Source: Flavobacteriales bacterium (GTDB lineage Bacteria; Bacteroidota; Bacteroidia; Palsa-965). From it: DNA of 64,000 bases. The notes beneath the pieces were generated by a model. The model saw nothing but the letters and a program-made list of their open reading frames with translations. It was not told the DNA's origin and did no database searches. Of this stretch, positions 20,278 to 31,980 are shown in pieces. The translations under genes were made by a program, and so were the position numbers. The first letter of the stretch is position 1, and the number at the start of each line of letters is the position of its first letter. The stretch spans positions 32,001 to 96,000 of the forward strand of contig JBEIPA010000014.1 of assembly GCA_040377305.1 (NCBI GenBank), in the 5' to 3' direction.

Positions 20278-22386
20278 ATGGAAAAATTCCATGAGAACCG
20301 TGCCGGCGCCCCCTCGCCGGGCGTGTTGTTGGACATCCGCAATCTCGTTACTGAATTCCGCACCGATAGCGAAGCGGTCAAAGCCGTGAATGATGTTTCA
20401 TTCCAGGTGAAGGCCGGTGAAACGGTTGGTATTGTGGGAGAATCAGGCTCGGGCAAGTCAGTAACTTCTTTGTCGGTGATGGGACTCATTCCTAATCCTC
20501 CGGGAGAAGTGACTGGTGGTGAAATCATTTACAATTCACGCGAAGATGGTCCGGTAGATCTTACCAAGCTTTCTGAAAAACAAAAAAGAAAATACCGCGG
20601 GAATGAAATCGCGATGATTTTTCAGGAGCCAATGACTTCTCTTAACCCTGTTTTCACATGCGGCGAACAGGTAATGGAAGCAATTCTCCGCCATAAAAAA
20701 TATCCGAACCCGAAGAGAAGCGACGGCTTCAAAACATTTATTGCAAACTGGATTGTTCAGTTCTGCGTGTTCATTGCAATTTCTATTCTCGCATACAGTT
20801 GGGCAACGGCTCCGGGGAAAAATGCTCCGCCTGAAGTACAGGAGCAAGCGGTAATCGTTTCTCTCATTCTCGATTCTATCGTACTCGCCTTCTTTGTTGC
20901 GTTGGTTATTGTATATAATTACCGCAGGCACAAAATGGGCATACGCAACGGACTCCGCTTCTATTCTCCGGCAGAAAAGAAAGCGAGAGAAATTACCATG
21001 CGCCTGTTCGAGCAGGTAAAGCTTCCCGATCCGAAACGAATTTTCGAAGCATATCCGCACCAGATTTCCGGCGGACAAAAACAGCGCGTGATGATTGCAA
21101 TGGCCATGTCGTGCAATCCACAGTTGCTTATTGCGGACGAACCAACAACTGCACTCGACGTTACCGTTCAGAAAACAATTCTGGAGTTGATGAAAGATCT
21201 GCAGGCTGAACACAACATGTCCATTATGTTCATCACGCACGATCTGGGTGTAATTGCAGAACTCGCCGATCGCGTGATGGTGATGTACAAAGGAAAAATT
21301 GTGGAGCAGGGAACGGTACTCGAGATCTTCTCTAATCCGCAGCACCCATATACCAAGAGTCTGCTTGCCTGTCGTCCTCCGCTCACTCGTCGTTTGCATT
21401 GGTTGCCAACAGTTAGTGATTTCATGCGCACTGACGAAATGGGAAACATTATTCAGAACGAACAATCGGTTCACGAAGTAACATACAATCTCGTTGTTAC
21501 TGAACAGGAGCGCCGCATGCAACACCAGCAACTTTATTCGAAAGAGCCGGTGCTGAGCGTGAAAAATATTGAGACACATTTCGTCACGAGCAAAAACATC
21601 TTCGGCAAACCAATTAAAGTAGTGAAGGCTGTAGACAATGTTTCTTTCGACGTTTACCCGGGAGAAACACTGGGCCTCGTTGGAGAATCGGGTTGCGGGA
21701 AAACAACTCTGGGTCGATCTATTTTACGATTGATTGAGCCAACCGGCGGACAAGTGCTTTATCAGGGAAAAGACATCACAAAGCTGTCCGCAAACGATCT
21801 GCGTGCAATGCGCAAGGACATTCAGTTTATTTTTCAGGATCCGTACTCATCGCTTAATCCGCGTATCACTATTGGTAATGCCATTATGGAACCAATGCGT
21901 GTACATAACATCGGGAAAGATGAACGCGAACGGAAACAGATTGTGCTCGATCTGCTCAAGCGTGTGAACATGAATCCTTCACACTTTTATCGTTATCCGC
22001 ATGAATTCTCTGGCGGTCAGCGACAGCGTATTTGTATTGCGCGGGCGTTAGCATTGAATCCGAAGTTCATCATCTGCGATGAAATGGTTTCTGCACTCGA
22101 CGTTTCTGTACAGGCGCAGGTATTGAATCTTCTCAACGAGCTCAAGAAAGAATTCGGTTTCACATACATCTTCATCTCTCACGATCTCTCAGTAGTTAAA
22201 TTCATGAGCGATCGTATGGTGGTGATGCAGGAAGGAAAAATTGAAGAGATGGGCGATGCTGATGCGATTTGTGATAATCCACAGCGGGAATACACACAGA
22301 AGCTCATCAACGCAATTCCGAAAGGTGAGTTGGACGATATCCGCGCAAGCATGTCGCAGAAGCGGATGCGTGAACAGGCTTTCTGA
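20278..22386 (+). CDS. fused double-NBD oligopeptide/dipeptide ABC transporter ATP-binding protein with a hydrophobic insertion
   Basis: Two Walker A motifs ([16 protein letters not shown]), two SGGQ signatures, oligopeptide C-terminal motif HPYTKSLL. Confidence 0.92.
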   Translation: MEKFHENRAGAPSPGVLLDIRNLVTEFRTDSEAVKAVNDVSFQVKAGETVGIVGESGSGKSVTSLSVMGLIPNPPGEVTGGEIIYNSREDGPVDLTKLSEKQKRKYRGNEIAMIFQEPMTSLNPVFTCGEQVMEAILRHKKYPNPKRSDGFKTFIANWIVQFCVFIAISILAYSWATAPGKNAPPEVQEQAVIVSLILDSIVLAFFVALVIVYNYRRHKMGIRNGLRFYSPAEKKAREITMRLFEQVKLPDPKRIFEAYPHQISGGQKQRVMIAMAMSCNPQLLIADEPTTALDVTVQKTILELMKDLQAEHNMSIMFITHDLGVIAELADRVMVMYKGKIVEQGTVLEIFSNPQHPYTKSLLACRPPLTRRLHWLPTVSDFMRTDEMGNIIQNEQSVHEVTYNLVVTEQERRMQHQQLYSKEPVLSVKNIETHFVTSKNIFGKPIKVVKAVDNVSFDVYPGETLGLVGESGCGKTTLGRSILRLIEPTGGQVLYQGKDITKLSANDLRAMRKDIQFIFQDPYSSLNPRITIGNAIMEPMRVHNIGKDERERKQIVLDLLKRVNMNPSHFYRYPHEFSGGQRQRICIARALALNPKFIICDEMVSALDVSVQAQVLNLLNELKKEFGFTYIFISHDLSVVKFMSDRMVVMQEGKIEEMGDADAICDNPQREYTQKLINAIPKGELDDIRASMSQKRMREQAF

Positions 22387-22448
22387 TGATTCAGTGATCC
22401 AATGATGCGATACTGCAATCCCCACATCGCATTTGAATCAAGTATTCT

Positions 22449-23894
22449 ATGGACTTAGATTCCCCTTCATCCGCCAATCATCAGATCGCAAGATTAGCGA
22501 ATCGCTTTGTGCGTCCGTTTTTCGCGGTAGCGTTCGTGCTGATGGTGATTGTTTCTATGATGAGTGAAGCAATCTACGATACCGGCGATGGAATAATGCA
22601 CTACCAGATTGCACGTTGGTCGTGGACACATCCGGAACTACTGTTGCATCACTGGGGAAAACCATTTTTCACGCTGCTGTGTTCTCCATTCGCTCAGTTC
22701 GGATACAAAGGAGCTGTGTTCTTCAATGTTCTTTGTCATGTCGGAGCTGCATGGCTCACATGGCGCATTGCAGATCGTATGAAGCTGCCGTATTCGTACC
22801 TCGCCGGACCGCTACTCATTTTCGCGCCACTCTCCTGGGGCGTTGCACAAAGCGGATTGACCGAACCACTTTTTGCATTGACGCTGATGGCCGGAATTTA
22901 CTACATCATCGGCGGAAGAAACACAGTTGCCGCAGTCATCATTTCACTTCTGCCATTTGCGCGCACGGAAGGATTTCTCATTGCACCCTTGTTCGGATTG
23001 TTCTTTCTCCTTCGAAAGGATTATCTCTCCATGTGTTTGCTTGCTTCCGGAACTGTACTGTACTCGCTGATCGGCGGACTATTTTTTCACCACGACTTTC
23101 TCTGGATCATGCATCAGAATCCTTACGTCGGAGAAGCGGCATACGGACACGGAAATTTATTTCACTTCGTTGCGAACAATGAATTTTTGTTCGGGTGGTC
23201 AATAACGGCACTCGTCGTTCTCGGCTTAATTACTATTCCATTGCGACGTTTTTTTGTGCCCCGCCATTCACTCGCTGAAATCACTCTTGTCTTCTGCACC
23301 TTCCTCGTGTTCTTTATTGCGCATTCCATTTTCTGGTGGAAAGGAATTTTTGGCTCGTACGGACTGCTGCGCGTAGTTGCCTGTGTACTTCCTTGTGCGG
23401 TTCTCATTTCCATTCGCGGATTGCAATTGCTCACCTGGCCGATTTATCAGCGGAAAACTGCTGTGATCATCGTGTCTACCATTATCGTCGGTCTCACAAT
23501 CTTCAACACGATGAATCAGCGCGGGTTGGTAATGAAAGCAGACGAAAGACAACGTGCTGCGGAAGAAGTTGCGCGTGAGATCAAAGAACTCAAACTCGAA
23601 TCGCGTTTGATGTATTGTAGTCATCCCATTATGGCTCATCTGCTACAAAAAGATCCATTCGATCTCACGCAATGCAAACATCTTTATGAACTTAGAAATG
23701 CATATCCGCAATCTGAATCCATTATAGTTTGGGATGCGAATTTTGGCGGAATAGAATTTACGGATATTGGGAAATGGAGTGTAGATATCGGGCGCATGGA
23801 CGAGGTCATCACAATTGTTGCCCCTGATGATTCACAGAAAGTTCTCTGGCGTGTATATTACAGACCACAAGTTGATACGACACTGGGGATTTGA
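22449..23894 (+). CDS. multi-TM GT-C-like glycosyltransferase
   Basis: First luminal loop DTGDG..HY, LTEPLF and ARTEG motifs, about 11 TM helices. Confidence 0.7.
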   Translation: MDLDSPSSANHQIARLANRFVRPFFAVAFVLMVIVSMMSEAIYDTGDGIMHYQIARWSWTHPELLLHHWGKPFFTLLCSPFAQFGYKGAVFFNVLCHVGAAWLTWRIADRMKLPYSYLAGPLLIFAPLSWGVAQSGLTEPLFALTLMAGIYYIIGGRNTVAAVIISLLPFARTEGFLIAPLFGLFFLLRKDYLSMCLLASGTVLYSLIGGLFFHHDFLWIMHQNPYVGEAAYGHGNLFHFVANNEFLFGWSITALVVLGLITIPLRRFFVPRHSLAEITLVFCTFLVFFIAHSIFWWKGIFGSYGLLRVVACVLPCAVLISIRGLQLLTWPIYQRKTAVIIVSTIIVGLTIFNTMNQRGLVMKADERQRAAEEVAREIKELKLESRLMYCSHPIMAHLLQKDPFDLTQCKHLYELRNAYPQSESIIVWDANFGGIEFTDIGKWSVDIGRMDEVITIVAPDDSQKVLWRVYYRPQVDTTLGI

Positions 23895-24013
23895 AACTCC
23901 AATAATTCGTTTTGATTGCGCCGTACTGCCGGTTGGGTCTCTCGCGATTAAAACTAAAACTTTTCGCCGTGCTCGCCGTGTCTCCGTGGTAGCCCGCGGC
24001 AGGCGGCCAGAAG

Positions 24014-24742
24014 TTACTTCTTAAACTTCGTATCGAAGATATTGTAGCGCAGAATGCAATAGATCGCACGGAATCCATCTTTCCAACCAATCTTCTTTCC
24101 TTCTTCATACGTGCGGCCGTAATAAGAAATCCCAACTTCGTAAATGCGCACTTTTTCAACGCGTGAAATTTTCGCAGTTACTTCAGGTTCGAAGCCAAAA
24201 CGATTTTCTTTCAGCAAAAGACTCTGCACCATTTTCGCATTGAAGAGCTTGTAACATGTTTCCATATCTGTAAGGTTCAGATTGGTAAACATGTTTGAAA
24301 GAAAAGTCAGGAATTTATTTCCGATCGTGTGCCAGAAGAAAAGTACGCGGTGTGGTTTTCCGCCCATGAAGCGTGAACCGAAAACAACATCGGCGAATCC
24401 GTCGAGAATTGGTTTCAACAAAATATTGTATTCATTCGGATCATATTCCAGATCGGCATCCTGAATGATGATGTAGTCGCCCGTTGCAATTTCAATTCCC
24501 TTGTGAAGTGCAGCACCCTTGCCCATGTTGTATGGCTGGTTGAACAAACGAATGCCTGCTTCCGGATGCTCTGCAATGTATTTCTCCACTACCGCTTGCG
24601 TGTCGTCCTTGGATGAATCGTTCACAATCAGGATTTCCTTTTGTATACCGCCGATCAGATTCACTTCTAAAACCTTGTTCAGGATGAAGTGAATAGTTCG
24701 TGCTTCGTTATAGGCAGGAATTACGATGGAAAGTTTTTGCAT
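24014..24742 (-). CDS. glycosyltransferase family 2 (polyprenol-phosphate sugar synthase-like)
   Basis: [16 protein letters not shown] and DMETCYK motifs. Confidence 0.92.
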   Translation of the reverse strand: MQKLSIVIPAYNEARTIHFILNKVLEVNLIGGIQKEILIVNDSSKDDTQAVVEKYIAEHPEAGIRLFNQPYNMGKGAALHKGIEIATGDYIIIQDADLEYDPNEYNILLKPILDGFADVVFGSRFMGGKPHRVLFFWHTIGNKFLTFLSNMFTNLNLTDMETCYKLFNAKMVQSLLLKENRFGFEPEVTAKISRVEKVRIYEVGISYYGRTYEEGKKIGWKDGFRAIYCILRYNIFDTKFKK

Positions 24743-24771
24743 AACAGAGTCCAAAAGTACTGTTTTTGGTC

Positions 24772-26625
24772 TTATCGCGATAGCTGCAAATGCGCCTTGA
24801 TCTGCGATATTTCAATTGGTCCGCCAGGCGATTCAAATGGGACAGCACTTACATGGATAACGTCGTTGGGCGCGAGCTTGTTTGGCAAATTGCGGTTAAT
24901 GATTTGTCTTCCGACGAGATCACCCGGCCACGCTTCGATAAAGTAATACCCGCACCATAACAGGGAATCTCCTCTATTGTGCCAAAATTGTACGACACAT
25001 TGAGTCTTCGGTGCGGTAAACACAAGTTCGCATTGCAGGTCAACTCGTGCAGAAACGGTATCCGCCCCACGGTACACGTAGCGGTATAATTCGCGATTGG
25101 TTGCTGCATCCGGCAAATCAATTGTTGGATCGGAGGTGGTTTCCGAGTTCAGGTCAATAACCCTTTCGGCATGCGTGGTGCTCTGCAGAATCAATAGCTC
25201 AGATGGCTCGTACTGCAATAACGTATCCGCGGCTGCAATTGCGTGCTTTCCATACGGCGAGACAATATAAAAGTCTGCATCGGCATCTTCGGTCTCTGAG
25301 CACTGTACACGCGATACATTTCTCAACCCTTCAAGTTGCAGATAATAATTGATGATGTTGCCGAATTCGTTGTCATATCCCAACACCACACCGCCATATG
25401 CATTTTTCTCAACCTCTGCTTTTGCTTTCACGACGAGAATCGCATTCCGCACATCAGCGCAATAAGCCCACTCCGAAGTGTGTGAGAAGTTGAGTGTATT
25501 GCCCACATGAAACATTTGCAATGCTACAATCAAAGTGCACACTATTCTTCCGATCCGTTTCGGAAACACCGTATCTCGCAATGCTGACGCAAGAATCCAG
25601 ATTACAAGCAGGAACAAAAACAAAGCTGTACGTCCGCTTGGATACGGAACATCTAACACAATGTGCTGAACGACTACTTGCAACATCACCACAGCAAGTA
25701 TAGATGAGAGCACAATAAGTTCTGTGCGCGGTGCATCTGTCCGATTCCTGTAGAGCGAGTAACCCACAATTAATGCAGCGAGCAACATCGATGCTATCAT
25801 TCCGAAATCAGCAACATGCGGAGTGTTGTAGATCTGTCCGTTGAGTGGATAGGCAAGTTTCGCTGCAAGCACGCACACCGTTTGGTTCCACAGCCCGCTC
25901 GCCGTCCAGAAGAAAGCATTTACTTCCTGAAGTTGCGAAAGCACCGGGTAAGCCACACCAATGAACAACGCGAAAATTCCTGCTCCAACCCCAATGGCGC
26001 TTAATTTATTTCCGGTCGAAATTCCTTTCGCAAAAAGTAATGCCATGAAAATGACCGCTGCAATTGCCAGGAATACAGCAAGCATAACAAAATTCGACCA
26101 CATGGCGAACCCCGCAAACAGCAACGTCAACGCGAGATGCTTCAACTGTTTTTCCTTGCTGAAGTATTCGGTTACATACCACAAACTGCCTGCGAGAAAT
26201 CCGAACGACAATCCGTATCCTCTTGCTAAAGAGAAAAAATCAATCAGGTACGGATGAACATTCAGGAATACAAACACCGCAACAATGCTCCATACATCCT
26301 TGCTTCTTCTGGCGAATTTCACGGTGAAATAAAGATACACGCCGTATGCGAGTACATTCGGTAGTCGCAACGACCATTCTGCTATTCCGAAAACCTTCGA
26401 GCAAAGAATCATCAGCCACGTATTCAGCATGTGATAATTGGCGGTGTGCATATCATATTCCGCCGGAAAGAAGTTGGAGTTCTTCACATATCGCTGGAAC
26501 GTAAATGCTTCATCGATGGTAAGGCAAACCGACGAAGAGCGGATACCACAATAGATGAAAAGCAGCAGCGACAATCCACCGAGTATCCAAAACACAATAC
26601 GATTGTTCGGGGAAGATGTCATCAT
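24772..26625 (-). CDS. multi-TM GT-C-like glycosyltransferase
   Basis: [18 protein letters not shown] and ARGYGL motifs; paralogue of 28501-30345. Confidence 0.72.
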   Translation of the reverse strand: MMTSSPNNRIVFWILGGLSLLLFIYCGIRSSSVCLTIDEAFTFQRYVKNSNFFPAEYDMHTANYHMLNTWLMILCSKVFGIAEWSLRLPNVLAYGVYLYFTVKFARRSKDVWSIVAVFVFLNVHPYLIDFFSLARGYGLSFGFLAGSLWYVTEYFSKEKQLKHLALTLLFAGFAMWSNFVMLAVFLAIAAVIFMALLFAKGISTGNKLSAIGVGAGIFALFIGVAYPVLSQLQEVNAFFWTASGLWNQTVCVLAAKLAYPLNGQIYNTPHVADFGMIASMLLAALIVGYSLYRNRTDAPRTELIVLSSILAVVMLQVVVQHIVLDVPYPSGRTALFLFLLVIWILASALRDTVFPKRIGRIVCTLIVALQMFHVGNTLNFSHTSEWAYCADVRNAILVVKAKAEVEKNAYGGVVLGYDNEFGNIINYYLQLEGLRNVSRVQCSETEDADADFYIVSPYGKHAIAAADTLLQYEPSELLILQSTTHAERVIDLNSETTSDPTIDLPDAATNRELYRYVYRGADTVSARVDLQCELVFTAPKTQCVVQFWHNRGDSLLWCGYYFIEAWPGDLVGRQIINRNLPNKLAPNDVIHVSAVPFESPGGPIEISQIKAHLQLSR

Positions 26626-28481
26626 TTTAGTGATTGTCCGGCCGGCTCGAATACTTCAATGCGGAAGTCGTCCATGTAGACCGCGGTTTTAGATGGGTGC
26701 CATATCTGTACAATCCACTTATCGTCGCGATACAATGAAATAGGAGACATTACTTCGCACACCACCTTCTGCCATTCACCCGGCACATATCCAATACTAT
26801 CGAATGCTGTTGCCTCCCACTTCAGTGAGCGTCCACCCGCATCATACGACACGCATAACATAGGAGGAATCATTCCCGGCTTTAGTGCCGTGTCCATTCT
26901 CATCCATACGGATGCGCGTACCCACTGGTATTCGTTTGTGCCACCGTAGAAATTAACTTCGCGTTTTACACCGAACTCCGCTGGCGGGCGTATCAGATAA
27001 CTTCGCGTTCCACGGTATGCAATCGAGTCAACAATACTTTCGTGAGTAAATGACGAATCGCTTTCAAATGTGTAGAGATAATCATCAACACAAACGAGTC
27101 CCGCATTTTCGGGCATTACACGGGGCTGCGGCCAGTGATCTACTTCGAGAAAATTTAAATCTTCTGCCGTCACTGCTGTTTTTCCGAACACGCGCCAGTA
27201 ATAGGCTTCTGACATTCTCTCCGTATGAATAATACCATGATTGTACTGCCACGTTTGAAAAACAGAAAGCACCAGACAAAATCCGAGTAGTGATGCTACA
27301 GTAATTTTCACCCAGACTGCTTTCTCCCATGTTGCAACGATGAGGAAGCCTAATGGAATGGTAAGGGCAGCATACATATCAATTGCACCACGCTGACTAA
27401 AGCATGCTGCGTACCACCAACACTCCCAACTGAAGATTACCCAGGTATGCAACACGGTCAGCAATGCAATCGACCAGAAGACTTCACGTTTTCGTTTCCA
27501 CAGAAAATAAAATCCGGCGAAACAGAAAATCATGAGCGGTGTGTAAACGAACCAACCTTTTTTGAAAGTGAACATGCACTCGTATAAGAATGGCTTCCAT
27601 ATTGCGAATCGTTCTTCGTAACCATACGACACCCAAACTCCGAGCGAGTATTTCCAGTACGACAACTGGATAAATATCACGGCGCTGAACACTGCAATGA
27701 ACACGAGCAACTTCATTCTCTGTTCCCACAAAAACCTGAATTTTGTAATCAGCGTCTTCCACGATGAAACATTCCAGAAAAGTGGTACGAGAATCCAGAA
27801 GATTTCTGTTGGACGTACTAACACTCCGATTCCTAGCGTAAGACCCATTGCAAAGCTTCTTCCGAATGAAGGTTGTTCATGCCAGCGGATCACGAGCCAC
27901 AACAAAACACAATTGAGTGCGAAACTATTTCCATGCGGCATCACAGTTTCCGAAGCGGCCATGGACCAGTAATTAGTACCCATGGTAATCAGAATCATGA
28001 CCACTGCTGCGACGGGATCATTGAAGAAACGCAACAATACTTTCCTCAGAAACCACAATCCGATAAACGCGTAAATGCATCCTCCAAGCAAAATCGCCCA
28101 ACTGTAGGGTGGAGACAGACCGTCTGCCGGATAACCCAATGGCTCTGCAAGCAAATGTGCCGTGAAGAAGAATGGTGACCAAAGTATTGCGCTTCCGCAT
28201 GGATACTTAATCGACTTCATTCCTTCATGTCCATCGCGCAACTGATACAAAGTTGCAGTCGGATTGTAACGATGTTGCAGCGTATCGACCCACGACATGT
28301 CTTTGAAACCCGGATCATCATAAATGAAAATAGACGGCAGGTAGAGGTAATAGCCATAGCTATCCCATTTGATCATTTCGCCGTTGTTGTAGGCCGGTCC
28401 CCAACCGCTCCAAAAACGGTTGAGCACGAACAAGAAGCATAATGCAAAAAATACGTTTCGTGATGTAAGAAATTTCTTCAC
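26622..28481 (-). CDS. multi-TM GT-C-like glycosyltransferase with C-terminal carbohydrate-binding-like domain
   Basis: WDSYGYYLYLPS, KYPCG, VRPT and KGWFVYTP motifs. Confidence 0.72.
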   Translation of the reverse strand: MKKFLTSRNVFFALCFLFVLNRFWSGWGPAYNNGEMIKWDSYGYYLYLPSIFIYDDPGFKDMSWVDTLQHRYNPTATLYQLRDGHEGMKSIKYPCGSAILWSPFFFTAHLLAEPLGYPADGLSPPYSWAILLGGCIYAFIGLWFLRKVLLRFFNDPVAAVVMILITMGTNYWSMAASETVMPHGNSFALNCVLLWLVIRWHEQPSFGRSFAMGLTLGIGVLVRPTEIFWILVPLFWNVSSWKTLITKFRFLWEQRMKLLVFIAVFSAVIFIQLSYWKYSLGVWVSYGYEERFAIWKPFLYECMFTFKKGWFVYTPLMIFCFAGFYFLWKRKREVFWSIALLTVLHTWVIFSWECWWYAACFSQRGAIDMYAALTIPLGFLIVATWEKAVWVKITVASLLGFCLVLSVFQTWQYNHGIIHTERMSEAYYWRVFGKTAVTAEDLNFLEVDHWPQPRVMPENAGLVCVDDYLYTFESDSSFTHESIVDSIAYRGTRSYLIRPPAEFGVKREVNFYGGTNEYQWVRASVWMRMDTALKPGMIPPMLCVSYDAGGRSLKWEATAFDSIGYVPGEWQKVVCEVMSPISLYRDDKWIVQIWHPSKTAVYMDDFRIEVFEPAGQSLK

Positions 28482-28500
28482 TCCATTAAGTTAGTTAAAA

Positions 28501-30345
28501 TCAATATGCTTCTACCGTAATCGTGAAGTGTTTGATCTCTCGCGGAAGCGCCGGGAATGCATTTAAAGATGCGACAACGCAATCTCCTTTTTGCAGGCCT
28601 GGTACAACAATTTTGTTAGTGCCGGCAATCTGATTTTCTCCGTCCGGGTAAATATCCACAACTGAGCTGTAGATCACTTTGTCTCCACGGAATACCAGCA
28701 AGTCCATGAAACCCGTGGACTTCGTTTCAGTAACGAAGTCGTAACTGATATTCAGCAAAGTTCCGATCGGCGCAACAAGTGAATCCGTAACGTATCCACC
28801 GTAATTGTAGATCAGCCTGCCATCAGCAGCTCCGGTAATGGTGTCCTTGATCAGTTCCAAAATTATTCTGCTGGTTGGTTCTGTGGGAAACGCGTTGTTC
28901 TTATATAAAATTGAACCGTTAATGTATTGTTGTTCGGCAATCCAGTTGTTGGTGATTGGCTTTCCAGTGTACTGCCGGGAGATCAGCAAGTACTGATTGA
29001 GCGGGTGTTGGGCCAATGTATCTCTCGACAAATCGAATTCCTTTAGTGGTAATGTCTGCCTGTAATATTCCATTCCTGAAGACCAAAACTCGACGTCGTA
29101 CCCAAGCAGGATGCGCTCATCACTACTTGTTTTGTCTCTCAGATACGCAAGTGCGTCATCTGTTTGCACACTTGTCGGACTATAAAACATATCCTCAAGG
29201 CTCATGGTATTCACGAAGTGCCCGAGCTGAATTCCGCTTAGCAAAAGCAATCCTCCTGCAATCCATCGCTGAAATCGGGATGACAAAGAAGCTCCAACTG
29301 CCACAATCATAAGCCAGGGCCCAACGAGGAATAAGCCTATCCGCTGAACCGGGAGCGGAGTATTTAAAACCCAGAACTGAATCATCACTCCCAACACCGC
29401 AATAGTAATGATTGTCACAAGCACAATCGGGAACAGATCAAATTGCTTCTTTCTCCACTGCTGCACGGTCCACCAAATAATTCGTGCAAATAGGAGTACA
29501 GTAATAATCTGGACAATTAGAACAATTGTTTGAATAACCGCTTCATCGTTGGTTGTATTCATCAGCGTGCATTCAATAACACTGGCTACAGAGTGAGACC
29601 AGAAATCTGTGAACCACGTTGTCCAGAAACCATGTGCTGCAGATATTTTTAACGCGATCGGAATTACGATGGCGAGGGTTCCAAGCAATGCAATCACCGG
29701 CGTGAAAGCGTGCAACAATTTCGTTCTGATCGAAATTCCTGTCACGGAAGGTTGCCACAACCCAATGAAGAACAAACATCCGGTCAAGGGCAATACAAGA
29801 TTGAGATACGTGTAGTTCGCAAACACCGCTAATACAGATGCAGCAGTAATCAGCGCCAGATTTTTCCAGCGATATCCGGAGTTACAATAAATCCACAGTT
29901 GCCAGAATGCAAACGCCATAAGTCCGCTGGCAAGTCCATACCCACGTGCGAGTCCGAAGTATTCTACCATAAAAGGGTTGCTATTCATCAGGACAAACGC
30001 AGCAACGCCAATGAGTGGAGTTCTCATTCTGCGGGAAATCATTGCAGTGCTGAAGATGTACAATCCGCCCGCCAGTAAATTCGGCAATCGCAAACTCACC
30101 TGATCTGGTCCGAACAAATTGTTGCACACCCACATCAGAAATGTATTCAACGCGTGGTTGTTGGCCGACCATTGATCGTATGTCTCCGGAAAAAATTGGG
30201 AGCTGGTAACAAACATGAAATAGCTTCCCTGTTCGTCGACAGACATGGAAACATTAATGACGCGCAGAAGAATGTAAACGAAAATTCCTACTCCTCCAGT
30301 GATGAGAAAAATATCTCTGAGCTGATGAGAAGTCAGTTTACCCAC
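28501..30345 (-). CDS. multi-TM GT-C-like glycosyltransferase
   Basis: DEQGSY, ANNHALNT, LRLPN and ARGYGL motifs; GTG start. Confidence 0.72.
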   Translation of the reverse strand: MGKLTSHQLRDIFLITGGVGIFVYILLRVINVSMSVDEQGSYFMFVTSSQFFPETYDQWSANNHALNTFLMWVCNNLFGPDQVSLRLPNLLAGGLYIFSTAMISRRMRTPLIGVAAFVLMNSNPFMVEYFGLARGYGLASGLMAFAFWQLWIYCNSGYRWKNLALITAASVLAVFANYTYLNLVLPLTGCLFFIGLWQPSVTGISIRTKLLHAFTPVIALLGTLAIVIPIALKISAAHGFWTTWFTDFWSHSVASVIECTLMNTTNDEAVIQTIVLIVQIITVLLFARIIWWTVQQWRKKQFDLFPIVLVTIITIAVLGVMIQFWVLNTPLPVQRIGLFLVGPWLMIVAVGASLSSRFQRWIAGGLLLLSGIQLGHFVNTMSLEDMFYSPTSVQTDDALAYLRDKTSSDERILLGYDVEFWSSGMEYYRQTLPLKEFDLSRDTLAQHPLNQYLLISRQYTGKPITNNWIAEQQYINGSILYKNNAFPTEPTSRIILELIKDTITGAADGRLIYNYGGYVTDSLVAPIGTLLNISYDFVTETKSTGFMDLLVFRGDKVIYSSVVDIYPDGENQIAGTNKIVVPGLQKGDCVVASLNAFPALPREIKHFTITVEAY

Positions 30346-30361
30346 AATAAGAATTTGTTAT

Positions 30362-31018
30362 TTACAGCGCCATTTCAGGAATGTCGCCTTCTACGACGAG
30401 CTTTCCTGCAGTTGCATTTTTGATTTGCTCGACTGAAATTCCCGGTGCACGTTCGAGCAATACAAATCCTTTTCCCGGAACAATATCGAATACGCCAAGT
30501 TCGGTTACAACTTTCTTCACACAGCGAACTCCGGTCAACGGAAGCGAACATGACGGAAGCAATTTCGATTCTCCTGCTTTGTTAACGTGTTGCATGGCAA
30601 CAATGATATTTTTTGCTGCAGCAACGAGATCCATTGCGCCACCCATTCCTTTCACCATCTTGCCAGGAATTTTCCAGTTCGCGATGTCGCCTTGTTCACT
30701 TACTTCCATTGCACCGAGAATTGTGATATCTACTTTACCCGCGCGAATCATTCCAAAGCTCAACGCCGAATCGAAATAGGCTGTTCCCGGAATTTCGGTG
30801 ATCGTTTGCTTTCCGGCATTGATCAGATCAGCATCTTCATCTCCTTCGAATGGAAAAGGACCCATTCCTAACATTCCGTTTTCCGACTGAAGCATTACGG
30901 TAATTCCATCAGGAATATAGTTCGCAACCAACGTTGGAATTCCAATTCCAAGGTTTACGTAGTAACCATCCTTCAGTTCTTGTGCTATTCGCTTGGCGAT
31001 TCCGGTCTTATCAAGCAT
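30362..31018 (-). CDS. scoB: 3-oxoacid CoA-transferase subunit B
   Basis: VNLGIGIPT, QSENG and GMGGAMDL motifs. Confidence 0.93.
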   Translation of the reverse strand: MLDKTGIAKRIAQELKDGYYVNLGIGIPTLVANYIPDGITVMLQSENGMLGMGPFPFEGDEDADLINAGKQTITEIPGTAYFDSALSFGMIRAGKVDITILGAMEVSEQGDIANWKIPGKMVKGMGGAMDLVAAAKNIIVAMQHVNKAGESKLLPSCSLPLTGVRCVKKVVTELGVFDIVPGKGFVLLERAPGISVEQIKNATAGKLVVEGDIPEMAL

Positions 31019-31126
31019 ATCAATTAGTTAATGTGCGTATTGGTTAATTGGTTGATTCCTGTGTTTTCTATTTACAACTGTTAACGTGCCGGCATCAACT
31101 AATCCGCACATTAACTGATCAACTAA

Positions 31127-31837
31127 TTATCCGCGTTTGCGTGTAGTGCGCTGCTCAATCCTCTTCTCATAATTATTCCCCTGGAAAATCCGCTGCACAA
31201 AAATTCCCGGAATGTGAATGCTGTTCGGATCTAACACGCCAGGCTCTACCAATTCTTCTACTTCCGCGATGGTAATTTTCGCAGCACCTGTCATCGCATC
31301 ATTGAAGTTGCGCGCTGTTTTTCTGAAAACGAGATTACCGTATTTGTCGCCCTTCCATGCTTTCACAATGGAAAAGTCGGCATTGAATGCATGCTCGAGG
31401 AGGAAGTTGTGTTTCTCTCCCTGAAAATCGAATTCACGGGTTTCTTTGCCCTGTTGAATTTCAGTTCCGAAACCAGCACGAAGCCACACTGCGGGCATTC
31501 CGTACTTCGCAGCCATGCAACGAGTAGCAAGTGTTCCCTGCGGAACTAAATCAACTTCAAGTTCTCCGCTCAATAGCTGACGCTCGAATTCTGCGTTCTC
31601 ACCAACGTATGATGAAATCATTTTCTTCACCTGACGTGTTTTCAGCATCAACCCGATTCCGAAATCATCGACACCGGCGTTGTTGGAAATGCATGTGAGA
31701 TTTTTCACGCCCTTTTTAATAAGAGCAGTAATCGAATTTTCAGGAATACCGCAGAGGCCGAATCCGCCGAGCATAATCACCGAACCATCGGCAACATCAC
31801 GGATCGCTTCATCGGCATTGGCAACGACTTTGTTCAT
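31127..31837 (-). CDS. scoA: 3-oxoacid CoA-transferase subunit A
   Basis: GGFGLCGIPE, SNNAG, PQGTLA and KTARNFN motifs. Confidence 0.93.
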   Translation of the reverse strand: MNKVVANADEAIRDVADGSVIMLGGFGLCGIPENSITALIKKGVKNLTCISNNAGVDDFGIGLMLKTRQVKKMISSYVGENAEFERQLLSGELEVDLVPQGTLATRCMAAKYGMPAVWLRAGFGTEIQQGKETREFDFQGEKHNFLLEHAFNADFSIVKAWKGDKYGNLVFRKTARNFNDAMTGAAKITIAEVEELVEPGVLDPNSIHIPGIFVQRIFQGNNYEKRIEQRTTRKRG

Positions 31838-31980
31838 AAAGCAACTGTATTAGTCCTCAAATGTAACAAGGAAATGGGCATTAAGGCATTGGGGCATTAA
31901 GGGATTTAGGCTTGAACTTGATTGCCGGAATACCTTAATGCCCCAATGCCCTAATGCCGTAATGCCTGATTCTGCTGTAG

